DNA of 64,000 bases, from NCBI GenBank assembly GCA_905331295.1, contig CAJNYD010000056.1:248001-312000 (forward strand). The letters are read 5' to 3'. The notes beneath the pieces are model-generated. The model saw only the letters and a program-made list of their open reading frames with translations. It made no database searches and was not told the origin of the DNA. Numbering within the stretch: the first letter of the stretch is position 1; each line of letters begins with the position of its first letter. The translations under genes and the position numbers were made by a program. Below, in pieces: positions 1 to 12,344 of this stretch. Source of the DNA: Rotaria socialis. Its lineage: Eukaryota.

Positions 1-631
1 TTAATTCAAAGTCAACTGTATCAAAATGTCACACTTGACTGTTCAATATTAAGTCGTCCATTGGCTCGTATTTATTGGGAAAAAAATGGGCAAATCGTTG
101 ACGATAGCAAAATGATTAATACCCAAATAAATCAAACACTATCAATAAATCAATTAAAACTCCAAGTTGATAAAATTCTTATTCATCATTCTATTTATAT
201 ATGTATAATTTTTTGTTTTTGAATAGATCAATGATGATGACGATTTCGGAAAATATAATTGCATTGCTGAAAATATTCATGGAAGAAAAGAAGCTTTTGT
301 ATATGTACTAAGTAAGTGCCGTATATTTATTACTAATTAGAGACTGTTTCTTTTTTCTATCTAATTTTTTTTTATAGAAGAATCAGTTGTTGTTACGACA
401 TTAACAACGAAAAAATATCAGCGCCATTCGAAAAATTCTTCATTACGATTAAGTTCTAGTCGAAAAATATTTCGATCAACAACATTACCAACAAAAGATA
501 TTTATATTGAACGAGAGATTCATATTACTTCATCTTCACATCGACCTTCGACACATCATCGACTAAAAAATCGTCTATTTATTTCATTATTACTATTGTT
601 ACTATGTCGATTGAGACGGACCGACAGATAA
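1..631 (+). CDS. 3' part of an Ig-domain cell-surface protein (lachesin/IgLON-like, probably GPI-anchored); 3 exons, 5' end outside the window
   Basis: Spliced translation: NVTLDCSILSRPLARIYWEKNG..|..DDDFGKYNCIAENIHG..|..Ser/Thr-rich stalk, then a hydrophobic end (LFISLLLLLLC), TAA at 629-631. The C..W..DxGxYxC pattern is an I-set Ig signature. Confidence 0.75.
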
Positions 632-743
632 AAATATGCTATATGCATGCGCTTGTTTGTGTGTGTGTTTATGTTTTACAGTGATAAATATATTTATTGA
701 AAGAAATAAAAAATAAAAACGAAACAACAAAAGATATAATTCG

Positions 744-3682
744 TCATGTGCATCCAGCCTCTTTAGCTTCTTGGATGGCACGGCGACGATTTTGAAGGTG
801 TACAGTTAAGACGACAATAAAAACAACTAAAATCATGATTGTAACAGATGCATATGTATAAGCGACACTGATTATTGTTAGAAAATAAACATTTTTCGAA
901 CACCAATTCTCAGGATCTTCTGTTGTTTGTTCAAAACGTGGCAAACGATAGTGCAATATTAAATAATTACCATAGATAAACCAAATAATTAGAAATATTG
1001 TTGTAAGACCTTCCATAAATGTCTAGAATTTCAATGAGTAAAACATTTTTTTTAATCATTTTGAAGTTGCAGAACAATTTTGAAAATTATTTCCTCGTTT
1101 TCATATAACAAAAATCTATTTAGTATTGCACAGCACTAATATATTATTATCAATATAGATCTCTGTCAATATTTTTAGGGTTCTTATATTTATTAGTAAG
1201 CCTATGACAGTTAGCAGTGGAGATCACATATATTTTTGAAGAAAATAATGATTGGAAGTTTTAAGCCGAAATATTTTTGCGACTTCTCATCCACCCCATT
1301 ACAGACATCAGTAATTAAAATCTGTCTTTGTTAATCAAGGAGCCCTGTAATCACGGTTCTAAGTCTCTCATCATCATTACGGACCTTAGTAAAAAAATAA
1401 AGACAAGGCCAGCATTGCAGGCGTAAGTAAAGAAACAACGGTCTAACTACAAATTTTTATAAAAGGGACGAACTTTTAAAAGATTTCCCTGTAATTTGTT
1501 TTCGGATCAGCTTAGTGAATATAAAGCACATGTGCTATTTTTATATATTAACCTCAGGGGGGCTGTGTTAATAAGCTTTCTTTCTCTGGCTCAAAGACAC
1601 ATTTTATATCTATTTTTAATTGTTCACATAATTAAGTGTTGATCAACGTCATATACTTCAATGCATAAATTTTTATCAAAACAGTATCAATCGTATTAAA
1701 TTTTCATAAGAATTATATTTCAATTCCACAGAGATACGCGGATATGATGTTAGTCAAATTTTTACAGCCCAAAAACAAATATTATTAATAAATATTTATC
1801 ATTTTTGTTCTACAGAATATCTGTTCACATTCAATTCTCAACAGAATTCATTTGTTACTACGAACATGTTTGGTCAAGAAAGCTGAGATCAACGTGCTAC
1901 TATTTTTTATATGTTTTATAGAAAGACTAAACCAATGACAACATCTCATTGCAAGAATTTGATCGAGTAAAATGTTATTGCTATTGCACGAACTAATTAT
2001 CGTGGGAGAAAATCTTTGTTTTTCAAGAGAATGTCTCGCACACTATCCTTTACTACCAAATACAAACTTCAATGACAGTTTTGTACTTCCGCTGTAATAA
2101 GAAAGATAATATCCTTTGTTAACTCTGATTAGTTGCATGCAATTTTAGCATATCCTATATTCTATTGCTTTGTTAAATTGACTATTGAATATTGTTTAGA
2201 GTCTTTTGATTTATAAAAAAAACTTAAGTTCAGCATTTTATTTTCCTTCAGGAAGTAGTTGCAAACGACTTTACCGTCTATTAAAAGCTATACAATTTAA
2301 ATGAGATTTTGCTTGTTCTTTGCAGGAAATTATATTTTGAAGGAAATTGCGCTTGGCAACAAAAACTGTTATCTTAATGTTGACCATTGAATTTCAGCTA
2401 ACTTCCAATAATAAAAGATTCTAAGTTATCAAGTGACTCCTTCAGACTAATCGATAAAATTTCGAATTTGTATTGTTACACATCCTAGACCGTTTTATTT
2501 TGAGCATACATTTTCATTTGATTGCTTTCACTTTACGTTACTCAGATGTTTCTATTCTAATACAATAAAAGCAATTAAGTAATATTATTAGAGTTTTTCG
2601 ATTCTTACAGCTGATTCCTCATGAGATTTATGCGTTATTAAGCACTTATTGTCAAAAATCACTTTAAGTTAAAATAATTTCTATATCGGATATTCAACAT
2701 GCTCACTTTCTAATAAACTTCACTTAATTTAATTTAATCTTTTTAAATTAGTTAGTCTCAAAAGAGAACGTGGAAAAAAGAATTTTCTAGCAACAGTGTA
2801 TTTTGCATTCATAATACTATTGGATAAACGGATTCGTGCTACGAGAAGTCGTGTCTTCCTTTCAAGTCTTTTTTAATTACCCTCGTAAAATAAAATGCCC
2901 TAAAAATTGAGTCTTATTATTTCTAATATGATGCATGAAGTACTTCTTCATCTTTTTGCCTTCTAATTGATCTATCCTTTATACTAGAACAACTCGAATT
3001 GGAGACTTTGTAAGTTTGTCATTTATTGAGCGCTGAATAAAATTTATGTTTTCTAAGAATTATCTACTCCGAATAATTGTAAAGCACTTGAAGCATACCG
3101 ATCCATTTTGCGTATCAGTAGTTTCTTCCTCGGATGGAGCACTATGACGATTATATTGTTTCCAAAGCACTTGTAGTAATTTCAATAAAGCTAAGGCACC
3201 GCCAACAAGTACAAAAACTGGAATATTTCGATCCAATGGACATTCTTCTAAATTTGAGATGCCTAAATCAATATTAATCTATGTGAAGATGTCTGTGATT
3301 AAATATAAATTTTCAATCTTACCAACACTAATCATAATTATTGGCAGAACAAGAGAAGCTGCAAAAATCAGCGATGCAGCTTCTAGATAAACACAAAGAA
3401 AATATAATATTTAAAGAGAAATCGATTTTCTATGGAAATTACTTGTTTGAAAGAGTATCGCCGCTGTTTTCTTAGCAAAATCAAAGAAGTGTTCAGCATC
3501 AGTATACTCTTCATATATACGTGCAAAAACGGATATATTTGTTTGGCGATCTTTAAGTTCAGTAACCGACCACCGAGATGAGTACAAATTATTATGTCCA
3601 TCACCGTACTGAAGCAAAAGAATAAAAATCTTTCTTTAGTAATAAGATAAAATACTCTGTATTTACAACATGAATATACCAT
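744..3682 (-). CDS. TMEM272-like four-pass membrane protein (about 5 exons, ~2 kb last intron)
   Basis: Exons give MVYSCC..|..YGDGHNNLY..KTAAILFQT|AASLIFAASLVLPIIMISVG|ISNLEECPLDRNIPVFVLVGGALALLKLL..|..FLIIWFIYGNYLIL..WCSKNVYFLTIISV. The GxxxxxxCPxxxxIPxxxxVGG and WFIxGN motifs are typical of the TMEM272 family. Confidence 0.75.
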
Positions 3683-4627
3683 AGTCGTCTTGATTCTTTT
3701 GTGTTAGATGGAAAAAAAGCTGATTAACAACGAATGATAAGATCAGTGATTTTTTTTAAACAAATCGTATCTAAAATTGTCTTTTACCAAAATGAATAAC
3801 GATGTCAGACATAGATTACATGAATGAATAAGTGAGAAAATGGTAAGAGTAACTTTTCTGTCGTCAATTCTATTTCCGAACAAAAAAAAGTAATCATAAT
3901 CTATAAGACTTAAGAGGAGAACATAAGAGACAGTAACCGAAAGAATAGGGAAAGGAAAAGGAGACGTTAGATTGTTGCTGATGAATTTTGAGACCAGAGA
4001 ATAGAGAGACAGAGAGAAGGAAAACATTTTCTTCTGCCCATGCATCCTTACCCGTTTAAGAAAATAATCTATCGATAATAATTTTCTTTTCATTTCTCAA
4101 AACGTATTTTGCATCACTTTCAAGTCTCTAGCTAGCGTTTTATTTTCTCTAAGTTTGATGTCTGTTAAAAGTTTCCTTTTCTTCTTCGTTTGTGCTTGAT
4201 TAGGCAATAGAAATTAACAGGATTTGACGTTAAAGAAGATCCGCTTAACCGGAAGCATTCATGTTTGAAACATGCAATATCTATTGCCTACTTTTTTTCT
4301 TCAAAGGTTGTAATCTTCGTATGTTTAGATAATGCTTTGTTGACTAATTTATTTACATATGTGATTAGAAAGCAATTACTCCAATAGCAAAAAATAGCAT
4401 TACTAGTGAGGTTCGAATAGTGTTTCTTTTAAATGATTAGTCAATTATTGAATAGTCTATACTACCTTTGTATTGATATGTTGTTTTTGTTGGTGTTCAA
4501 CATAATTTTTTTCCATAGATTGACTTATATCACTTTTTCTTTTATTGAAAAAGAACAGGAAAAGACAAGAATCATATCAAATAAACCAAAAAAAAAATGA
4601 GTAAAAGGAAAAATAAAAGAAGCAGAG

Positions 4628-7600
4628 TCAACTAGGATTGTGCGTTGACGACAAGAACGTGTCATTACTTCTTGTTTCTTTCTTCATTTTTTCATCTTCC
4701 CTTTTCTTCTACAGAAAAAGAAACAAAAGAAAAGAAAAAGATAATAGGTCATCAACTAAATAAAAATATTCTCACATGAAGGATCGGAAACAAAAACCAT
4801 AATCGGATAAAATGAGGTAATCAGTTGTTCAGGTAATGGAATCATTCCCATACATAAATACATTCCACTTTCGCTTTTTGATATTCGATCAATAAGTAAA
4901 CCATCGATTAGTTCCGTCAATAGAAAATGATTATTATCTATTGAATTGAAATTAGAAAACGAAAACGAAACTCTTCTTCAACTATCTCCTTTACCATGAA
5001 TTCGTATTAGTGTAGCTGCCGGCACATAAGATAAGTTTGTTTTTAATTGAAAATTAAAATATTCTGGACGGCAAGCAACAAATAATGTTGAATTTGTTCG
5101 TACATGGTATTCGGCGAGTGCTGATGATTGAAATGATATTCCATTGGTTTGAACAATCACTGAAAACAAAATTTATTTGTTTCATTCATGAAAATATAAC
5201 CGGAAGAAATGATTTTCTTTTCTCACTAACTTTGTTCTCTTAAAGTAATTGATGTTGTTGTTGTTATCGACGACTCCTCTTTCAATATTGAATTCTCTTC
5301 CGGGCGAGAACGGCAAATATATGTACCGCTTACAGCAGGTGATAATCGAAGATAGAGAGTACGACCTTCACTCAATATATATGTTGTTATTCTATTATAA
5401 TAGAAGGATTTGCTTTTGAAAAGAATCAAATTAATAAAAGATGAAAATCTTTACGATTGTTCAGTATGTGTACTTGAATCGATAGTTGTTCCATTTTCAT
5501 AAGTCCATTCAGGCTCTATTCGATCATCTGTTGATCGGCAAACAAACGTATACGTACGACCCAATTCAACATTCATATGAGAAACATTAGGAATGATTTG
5601 TAAGATTTGATTTTGATCTATGAAAAAAATCCACAAATAGATGTCATTAAAATGTGTGCAAAACAAAATGCTCTTTTGATAATAACTATTTTTAATAAAA
5701 GAAAACGTTCCTACTAATGATTCTTTCTAAGTGTGAAAAATAGACATCTTATTATTCATTTACAGAAATGTCAATTCATATTTCGGGAAGAATAGCAAAG
5801 CAATTTTGTCAACTTTAAAAACAAGTCATTAAAACCAAGCAAATTAATTACGCTTTTCTTCGATGCAGCAATGTGCATTAGGATAAAGAGAATTTTCAAC
5901 TGGTGTTTTTATATCAATCTCTAATGATGTTTTTAAGGACAATAGAAAGATTTTTTTATTAAATGCGTTCAGGTCAAATAAGAGGTTTTATCGCCAAACA
6001 AACTACTTATGATATGTAAGAACTATGATACTTGAGTTTTGAAGTGCATCTCATTTGCAAAGGATTCAAAGTCTTTTTTAAGAAGCGTTTTTCTTCTCTT
6101 GGAGCTAGAGGAGTATTTGTTGCACATAGAGAAAAATAAATATTTCGCGTGTATCTTCCCGTGTTTATATGATATGATGAAACATATTTATGGTAATGTA
6201 ACCCGGCCAGTTCTATTCGACCATGATAAAAGGAAGAAAATAACAAAAATTCTGAAACGTTTGATGTATAAAATGTTCATGAAATTGGAATCTTTTAATT
6301 CATAAACAGTTAATTTCTCGGTGAAAATTTCAATATAATAGAACAGCATTAGAGATTTTTCCGTTACAAAAAATACACATTCTTCTAGGTTGTTCACGAG
6401 TATTTGAAGTAGTCAATTACTCAGGATAGCATTCATATATCGATTGAAATCAACGGAATTTTCCAGTAGTATTGACTTGGATGAGAAAAGATCCGAAAAA
6501 TTGTAGTCTTTATAAAAAAAAACAAATGTTCGGGCATTGTATTATCGCTTAGCATAGAAATACGAATTTTCTACATTTTTTTTTACTGAACCCTCCTACA
6601 GAATAGAAATCCATGGGTGGCGTCACTGTTCCACATGCTATAATTTCGTAATCAAGCATGCTCTGATGCCAGTTTTTGCGTTATTTGATAGAAAAATGAT
6701 TATCCTTTCATTGTTCATCGGTTTTAGTTCAGTTTTCATGAAGTAAATCTTGAGTTTCAATGGAGAAATCTAACACAGAGGGTGGGCTTCTATTCTGTGT
6801 AGGGGTTTACGCATGGTCTGTACTAGATTCATTATTATTCTATATTTACCCGCCATTTATCTCTGTTAAAACGTAGCTAATCTTTTGCACGATTCTTTTG
6901 ACTCTTCTTAACACCCAACAGACATCATAACCTGATTTTAATTAAGCATTCAAAAAGTTTATTGTAACCCTTTTGATTATCAGTTGTATCGAACAGATTC
7001 TCATAAGCCTATCATCACTTTTCCACTAGGATTAACACCGGATAAATCCATTGATATCCTCAAAATGTTTTCTTTACCGATTAGAATAGCGTGCATGATC
7101 AGAGATCAAATTCATATAAATAATATCGGTTTGCTGCGTTAATTTTGTTTGTTTGGTAACGTTGGTGTGCCCGGAATAGGTTGCTTTTTTATTGTGAAGT
7201 GTTTTTTTTATAGGTATTCATTACAAGTATGTAATCGAATCAGAAATAATTAAAACATGAGTACTATAAGCGACCTATCAAGCATTTGGATGTACTATTT
7301 TTCAACATAAATATCGTTATAGTGAAAAGTATGTCGTATAATTCATTTCTAAACTGAAATAGACTGAAAACAAACTTATTAGTACGGAGAGTTTGAATTG
7401 AGCAACCAGCTTTTAGATTGAAACGTACACAATAACTTGCGATACTCACAATGTGGCTCACGAAGTTGGGAGCAATGTAAAGTTTAAGCAATTTTCTTTT
7501 AACATAATGATTACATTGTTGACTAACTACTTGTTGATTAAGAGATAGTGCCATGAATGAACCGAATATGATCAAGTTTGTCTTCTATCTTTATACGAAC

Positions 7601-10013
7601 ACAAAAAGAAGAAATAAGAATTAACGGTCGGTGTTTGTTGAACAACGCTTTACTTATAGAAACTTTGAATCGGATACGCATGTCAAGAGAAAACATAGGA
7701 TTATGTCCAGACTTAATCAACATTAGAAGTCTACTAATATTTAATGTTCATAGAGCTTCTAGCGGATTTAGACATACAAAAATTATTTGGGCGCGAATAA
7801 AATTCTAAATCTAGAGATTTCCAGCCGATACGAACATCCAGTAATACGATTTCTCGATGCCGGAATTTAAAAAAAGCCTAAAGGAAAAAGAAAATAATCT
7901 ATTACTGAAGAAAGAAACTTTTAAAAAGCTGTAATCTACATCAAATCTCCGATCGTACTTAAGTGAACTAGATAACCAAAAGGTTAAGACTCATTCTAGT
8001 GAAAAAAAGCTGACGAAAGAAACTAAATCGAGATTATATTTAAAAAAAAACATGATTTCGAGAAAATTTTGTTTTGCATCATTGAAGTCATCTTTTTTTC
8101 TTCGCAACAATAGAGCGATTCCTCAAGTTCCACTACATTCAATTAATCAATTGAAAATGCAAATCGATTTTATTCATACGTTCTTTTTTACTATTTCTAC
8201 TAGTGATGAAATTATTACAATATAATAAATGTGTTTCTAGGCTTAGCAATTGTCTACTAATTGAACTGATAGAAATTTACAATCATTCTCAAGAACGGAT
8301 TTTTCTATAGATTTTTTTTTCTTTGAGAGTACTACTAGAAAAAATATAAAATCTTCGGGAACCTTGTATAATATACATGTAATCAAAACTTCTGAACTAC
8401 TTCCTCTGTATGAAAGCGTTCAGTACATGTAAACCCAAGTATTATTCTATCAATCTACATGAGATCGGAACCAAAACAAAGTTATTCTCACACTGACTTA
8501 AATCACTACGCTAATTTCATTTACAAGAATTACTATTGAAATCGATCAATCGAGCGACTCGTTTAGTTCTCTTTACTTCATAGTAGACCACTCGGAAATA
8601 GTCTAATGAGTTTTTTTCTCAACTGCTTTTTCTGCGTGCAAAATATGTGCTTAATAAATATCTTATAAGATTCCTAATCTAATTAAATAACTTTGATAAA
8701 AAAGAACAATTGAACACGTACTCATTGGCGATGAACATTGCGAATAGTCTTCGTTCCAAATTTGACCCTGTGGACATGTACAATTTGATACGTAACCACC
8801 CGTATTACAATACGAGATCGTATTATTTGTTACTACAGTTTCGTTTAAATTATCACAATTTTTGTTTTCAAGCGATGGTGGCAACGTTTCGTTGACAAAC
8901 CACGATGAATCTTTTAATCAATAAATCCGAGTTCAAGTTAATAAAAACAAAATCTAATAGGAACACATGAAATGATTTACTTTGCAATTGTACAAGAATA
9001 GGATAGATTTTCATTAAAAATCTAGTTTTTAATGTTATAAAAGCTCGACAAAAATAAACACCTTGATCGTGATAAGTAAAATTTCGAATAAATAAACTAT
9101 CAACACCGAAAATATATTTATGCTCTAAAATCGAAGATCTGAAGTTCGGTTCTTTTTTTAATACAAATTTCGTACTCTTTACCATTATGATGCAATTGAC
9201 GTCTTTCGAAAAACCAAAGAATTTTTGGTATATAAGGTGAATCCATTGCCTTCGAATAAAAATAAGGTATCAAATAGTTTCGAGGAGTTTGTTTATCTTC
9301 ATACTTTTTCACTATAATATTGAGCAAAACAATTCAATCGAGTATCATTACCATATGAAACTGTATGATTTGTATTCGTACCCATAAAACGAATTTGTTT
9401 TGTCATATCTAACTTACGCTCTTAAAAAAGAAGACATTTTATTTTGAGACAAAGTTTTTGTAACGCTACTGTTTCGAAATTGCTGAGATGAGCTATTTTC
9501 ACGAGGTACTGTTCGTAAAATTTCAACGAAGGATTTTAGATATCTATCTCTGTTTGTCGCGCTTTCGGGCAGATTTCAACTATGTTTATACTTGTTATTT
9601 GAAGAATAATCGTTGACACAGATTGATTTGTTTGACATAAATATGGGCCAACAAGTGATGAACTCATTCCTTGAATAGTTAAAATAGATTTACGATTCAT
9701 TTGAACTGATTGTGTTGAAATTCTAATTGAAACAATAAAAATCTATCTCTTTAGTTTTTAGTAGGAAATATTTTCTTCTGACCGAGCTGTATCGGATATT
9801 AATCGTTTAGCTATAATCCATTTTGGACTAGGACCAATGCATTCAATATAAAAGTCAGCTCCTTCATCAATGGATACATAACCACCATGTGGAGATATAG
9901 CCATGGATGAGACTGCTGTTATTAACAAACATAATATGAATAGATCTGTAATAGAGAAACGAAAACTAATTGAGCAAAGGAAGAATTTTAGTTTTACCTT
10001 GAAAATTTTTCAT
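4628..10013 (-). CDS. Secreted multi-Ig-domain protein with a central Cys-rich module (about 12 exons)
   Basis: Signal peptide MKNFQDLFILCLLITAVSS. Ig motifs: DFYIECIGPSPKW..GPYLC; RLNCFA..ILWF..DQGVYFCRA; YTFVCRS..PEW..SGTYICRS; LFVACRP..ESGMYLC. Cys-rich exon at 8722-8910 (CDN..CNTGGYVSNCTCPQGQIWNEDYSQC). The splice phase is consistent across the ~3.1 kb intron. TGA at 4628-4630; no TM helix seen. Confidence 0.7.
6589..6807. mobile_element. Degenerate short inverted-repeat element (MITE-like) in an intron
   Basis: Left aaccctcctacagaatagaa versus reverse complement of the right end aacccctacacagaatagaa, ~220 bp apart. No clean TSD. Confidence 0.4.
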
Positions 10014-11130
10014 GGCGAGTCTGACCGATATGAAATGACCTCGTCTTTATAATGATATTTGATTTCTTTCTATCCGCTATTTAAATAGAGGTGTATTTGA
10101 ACACGCCTCTTCGTTTTCTCTTGAATAAACAATAGAGAGATGATTGTTGTTTTTGGCGATAGTTGAAAGAATGAAAACAATCTGTATGTCTTGAATTTTA
10201 TTCATTGAGAAAAAGAATACTTATGATATTAATACAGGTAATAAATCAAGTTCTAAATAACTAGTTAGTAATAAATAGAGAAATTATAATTTATTAAGTG
10301 TTGAATTGATGTTTAAACAAATAGTCGAATTCGTTTTGCAATATCGGTTGAATCGTTTTTTATGAGGCAATGTTCTAACAGAGGAAAGAAAGCTGACTTT
10401 ATGGAGAAAAACGTTATTGTATTTATTTTACTTTCAGCTATTCATGGTAAGTTAATGTATAATTAAATTATTTACTTATTTAACATAGTAATGTGTATTT
10501 TCATGATTTCGTGAACATTCATCCAATGCTTTTGTATGATTCAAATATTAGAGGTACAATATTTTTCTAGGCTCTGCCCTCAGAGTAGTTTTATTGGTGA
10601 TTACTTTCGATTTGAGATTATATAGACACTAATAACGGCCTTGAATGATTAGTTTATTTTTGTAACGATACCAATGTATTGCGACTTGGTTTTTATACTA
10701 TTACGAACTCAATTTGTGTATACTAGAAATCTAAAAGAGACGCTTTCATAATATCTATGGTAAGATACCTAACGTTAATTGACGTCTTTCCTATATGAGA
10801 TTGATTCTCCGATAATCATACAAAAATTCTACGTTTTGAAATTTTTGTTGAACATAACTTTGTTATCAGTCTAAATTATGAACATATGAGATTACAACAA
10901 GTTTATATCGGTGTCTATCTTCATAAGAGACGACTTGTCTTCAATAGTACAATACCCGTAAGAATGATAGTTTTTCGTTTTCGTCTGACGTGACTTTTAA
11001 AAAATATTCATTCAAATTCTATTGCTTTTCTTTTCATTAAGGTATCGTTTTATTGTATTTCCATGAGCCACAGATATCGCATTTTTATTCTGTACAAAAT
11101 AAAAAAAAACAACAATAACAACAATGTAGA

Positions 11131-11429
11131 CTATCTGGCATCGTATACGATCAATCGTTTTGTACGTTTCTTATATAATATACGATAACCACATTCGTTA
11201 CCTACAAAAGAAAGAAAAACGATAACAATGAAACATCTAAATAAGCTTCTTTTTTCTTCTTACATCGAATAACATCTGTAGATTTTAATTCATTATCTTT
11301 GTGACATTCACCACAAATATAGACCATACTTTTGGATGTTGGTTGGCTAGAATGAGCTGACGTTGTCGTAGCAGGTAATGTGTTAGGTGATGGTGTCATG
11401 GATTGATCATGCATTGGTGTTCTCTCCAT
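11131..11429 (-). CDS. POLR2K: RNA polymerase I/II/III shared subunit RPABC4 (Rpb12); 2 exons
   Basis: [44 protein letters not shown] is the Rpb12 zinc ribbon with its invariant C-terminus. Confidence 0.96.
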
Positions 11430-11563
11430 TTTATATCTATAACAGAAAAAGAAAATAAATTTCCTTTTTTTGCTTATGATTGATGTTTCGTCTTCAATCT
11501 TTATTTTATTTTTTGTATTTATTTTCTTTTAAAAACAAAGCATAAACAAGGATTTTAAATTGT

Positions 11564-12034
11564 TTATTTATGAGCTTTGCGTTGAGCAAGAATAGCTGCT
11601 TGGAGTTCATCACGTTTCTTTTTGGCTCGTTGATGGCTACCCAACTAAAAATAGATTGACAAATTGAAATGCATTTTGTTGACCATGAAATAAAATGATA
11701 TTCAACAACTTACACGTGCTTTGACGTATTTGAATGCACGTTTATCACGACCAACTTTCATCAATTCCATAGCTCGTCGTTCGTATGGCATAAAACCAAC
11801 AAGTTCACGTACGAGATCACGAACGAATTTAACTCGTTTGCTTTTTTTCTAAAGAAAAAAACGAATCAAAAAATGTTGCTGAAAAAAAGAAGCGATTAAT
11901 ACATTAACACGGCGTGTTGGTCGAACACGTTTGGATACAAATTTTTCCACTTTACGACCTTTGTGAAGACCTGTTGCTATTTCATATTTGGGAACAAAAG
12001 GTTCCTTAGCGGTTTTGGTTACTTCACCCGACAT
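11564..12034 (-). CDS. RPL36: 60S ribosomal protein L36; 3 coding exons
   Basis: [14 protein letters not shown]..|[71 protein letters not shown]. Confidence 0.97.
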
Positions 12035-12344
12035 GATATTATCTAAAATAGATGAATGTAAACTTCTGTACGTAAAGAAATGAAAAGAAAATAACTTGAT
12101 TTGTCTATTGAAATGTATACGATGGGTCAGATTTTCTAATATCCATGAAGTATTCTATGGACTAGATTGTTTATGTTTTGTTTTTTCATTTTTCAATAGA
12201 AAATAAAATTATAGATTGATATAGTAGTGAAAATAAAATTTAAAAAAAAGAGACACACTTTAGAAGAACATCTTAATTTAAAAATTTTTAACCCATATGA
12301 AGGTTTATGTGACGAATTTTCTATTGGCTGGAAAGATAGTTGCC

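Noticed and set aside
5900..7810. Intronic ORFs and possible hAT-like transposase traces
   Set aside because: Only vague patches; no catalytic motifs or termini that I can support.
12035..12125. Acceptors before the ATG of RPL36 (and similarly PHF10) as trans-splice sites
   Set aside because: Plausible cis donors exist upstream at normal intron distance, so ordinary 5'UTR introns explain them.
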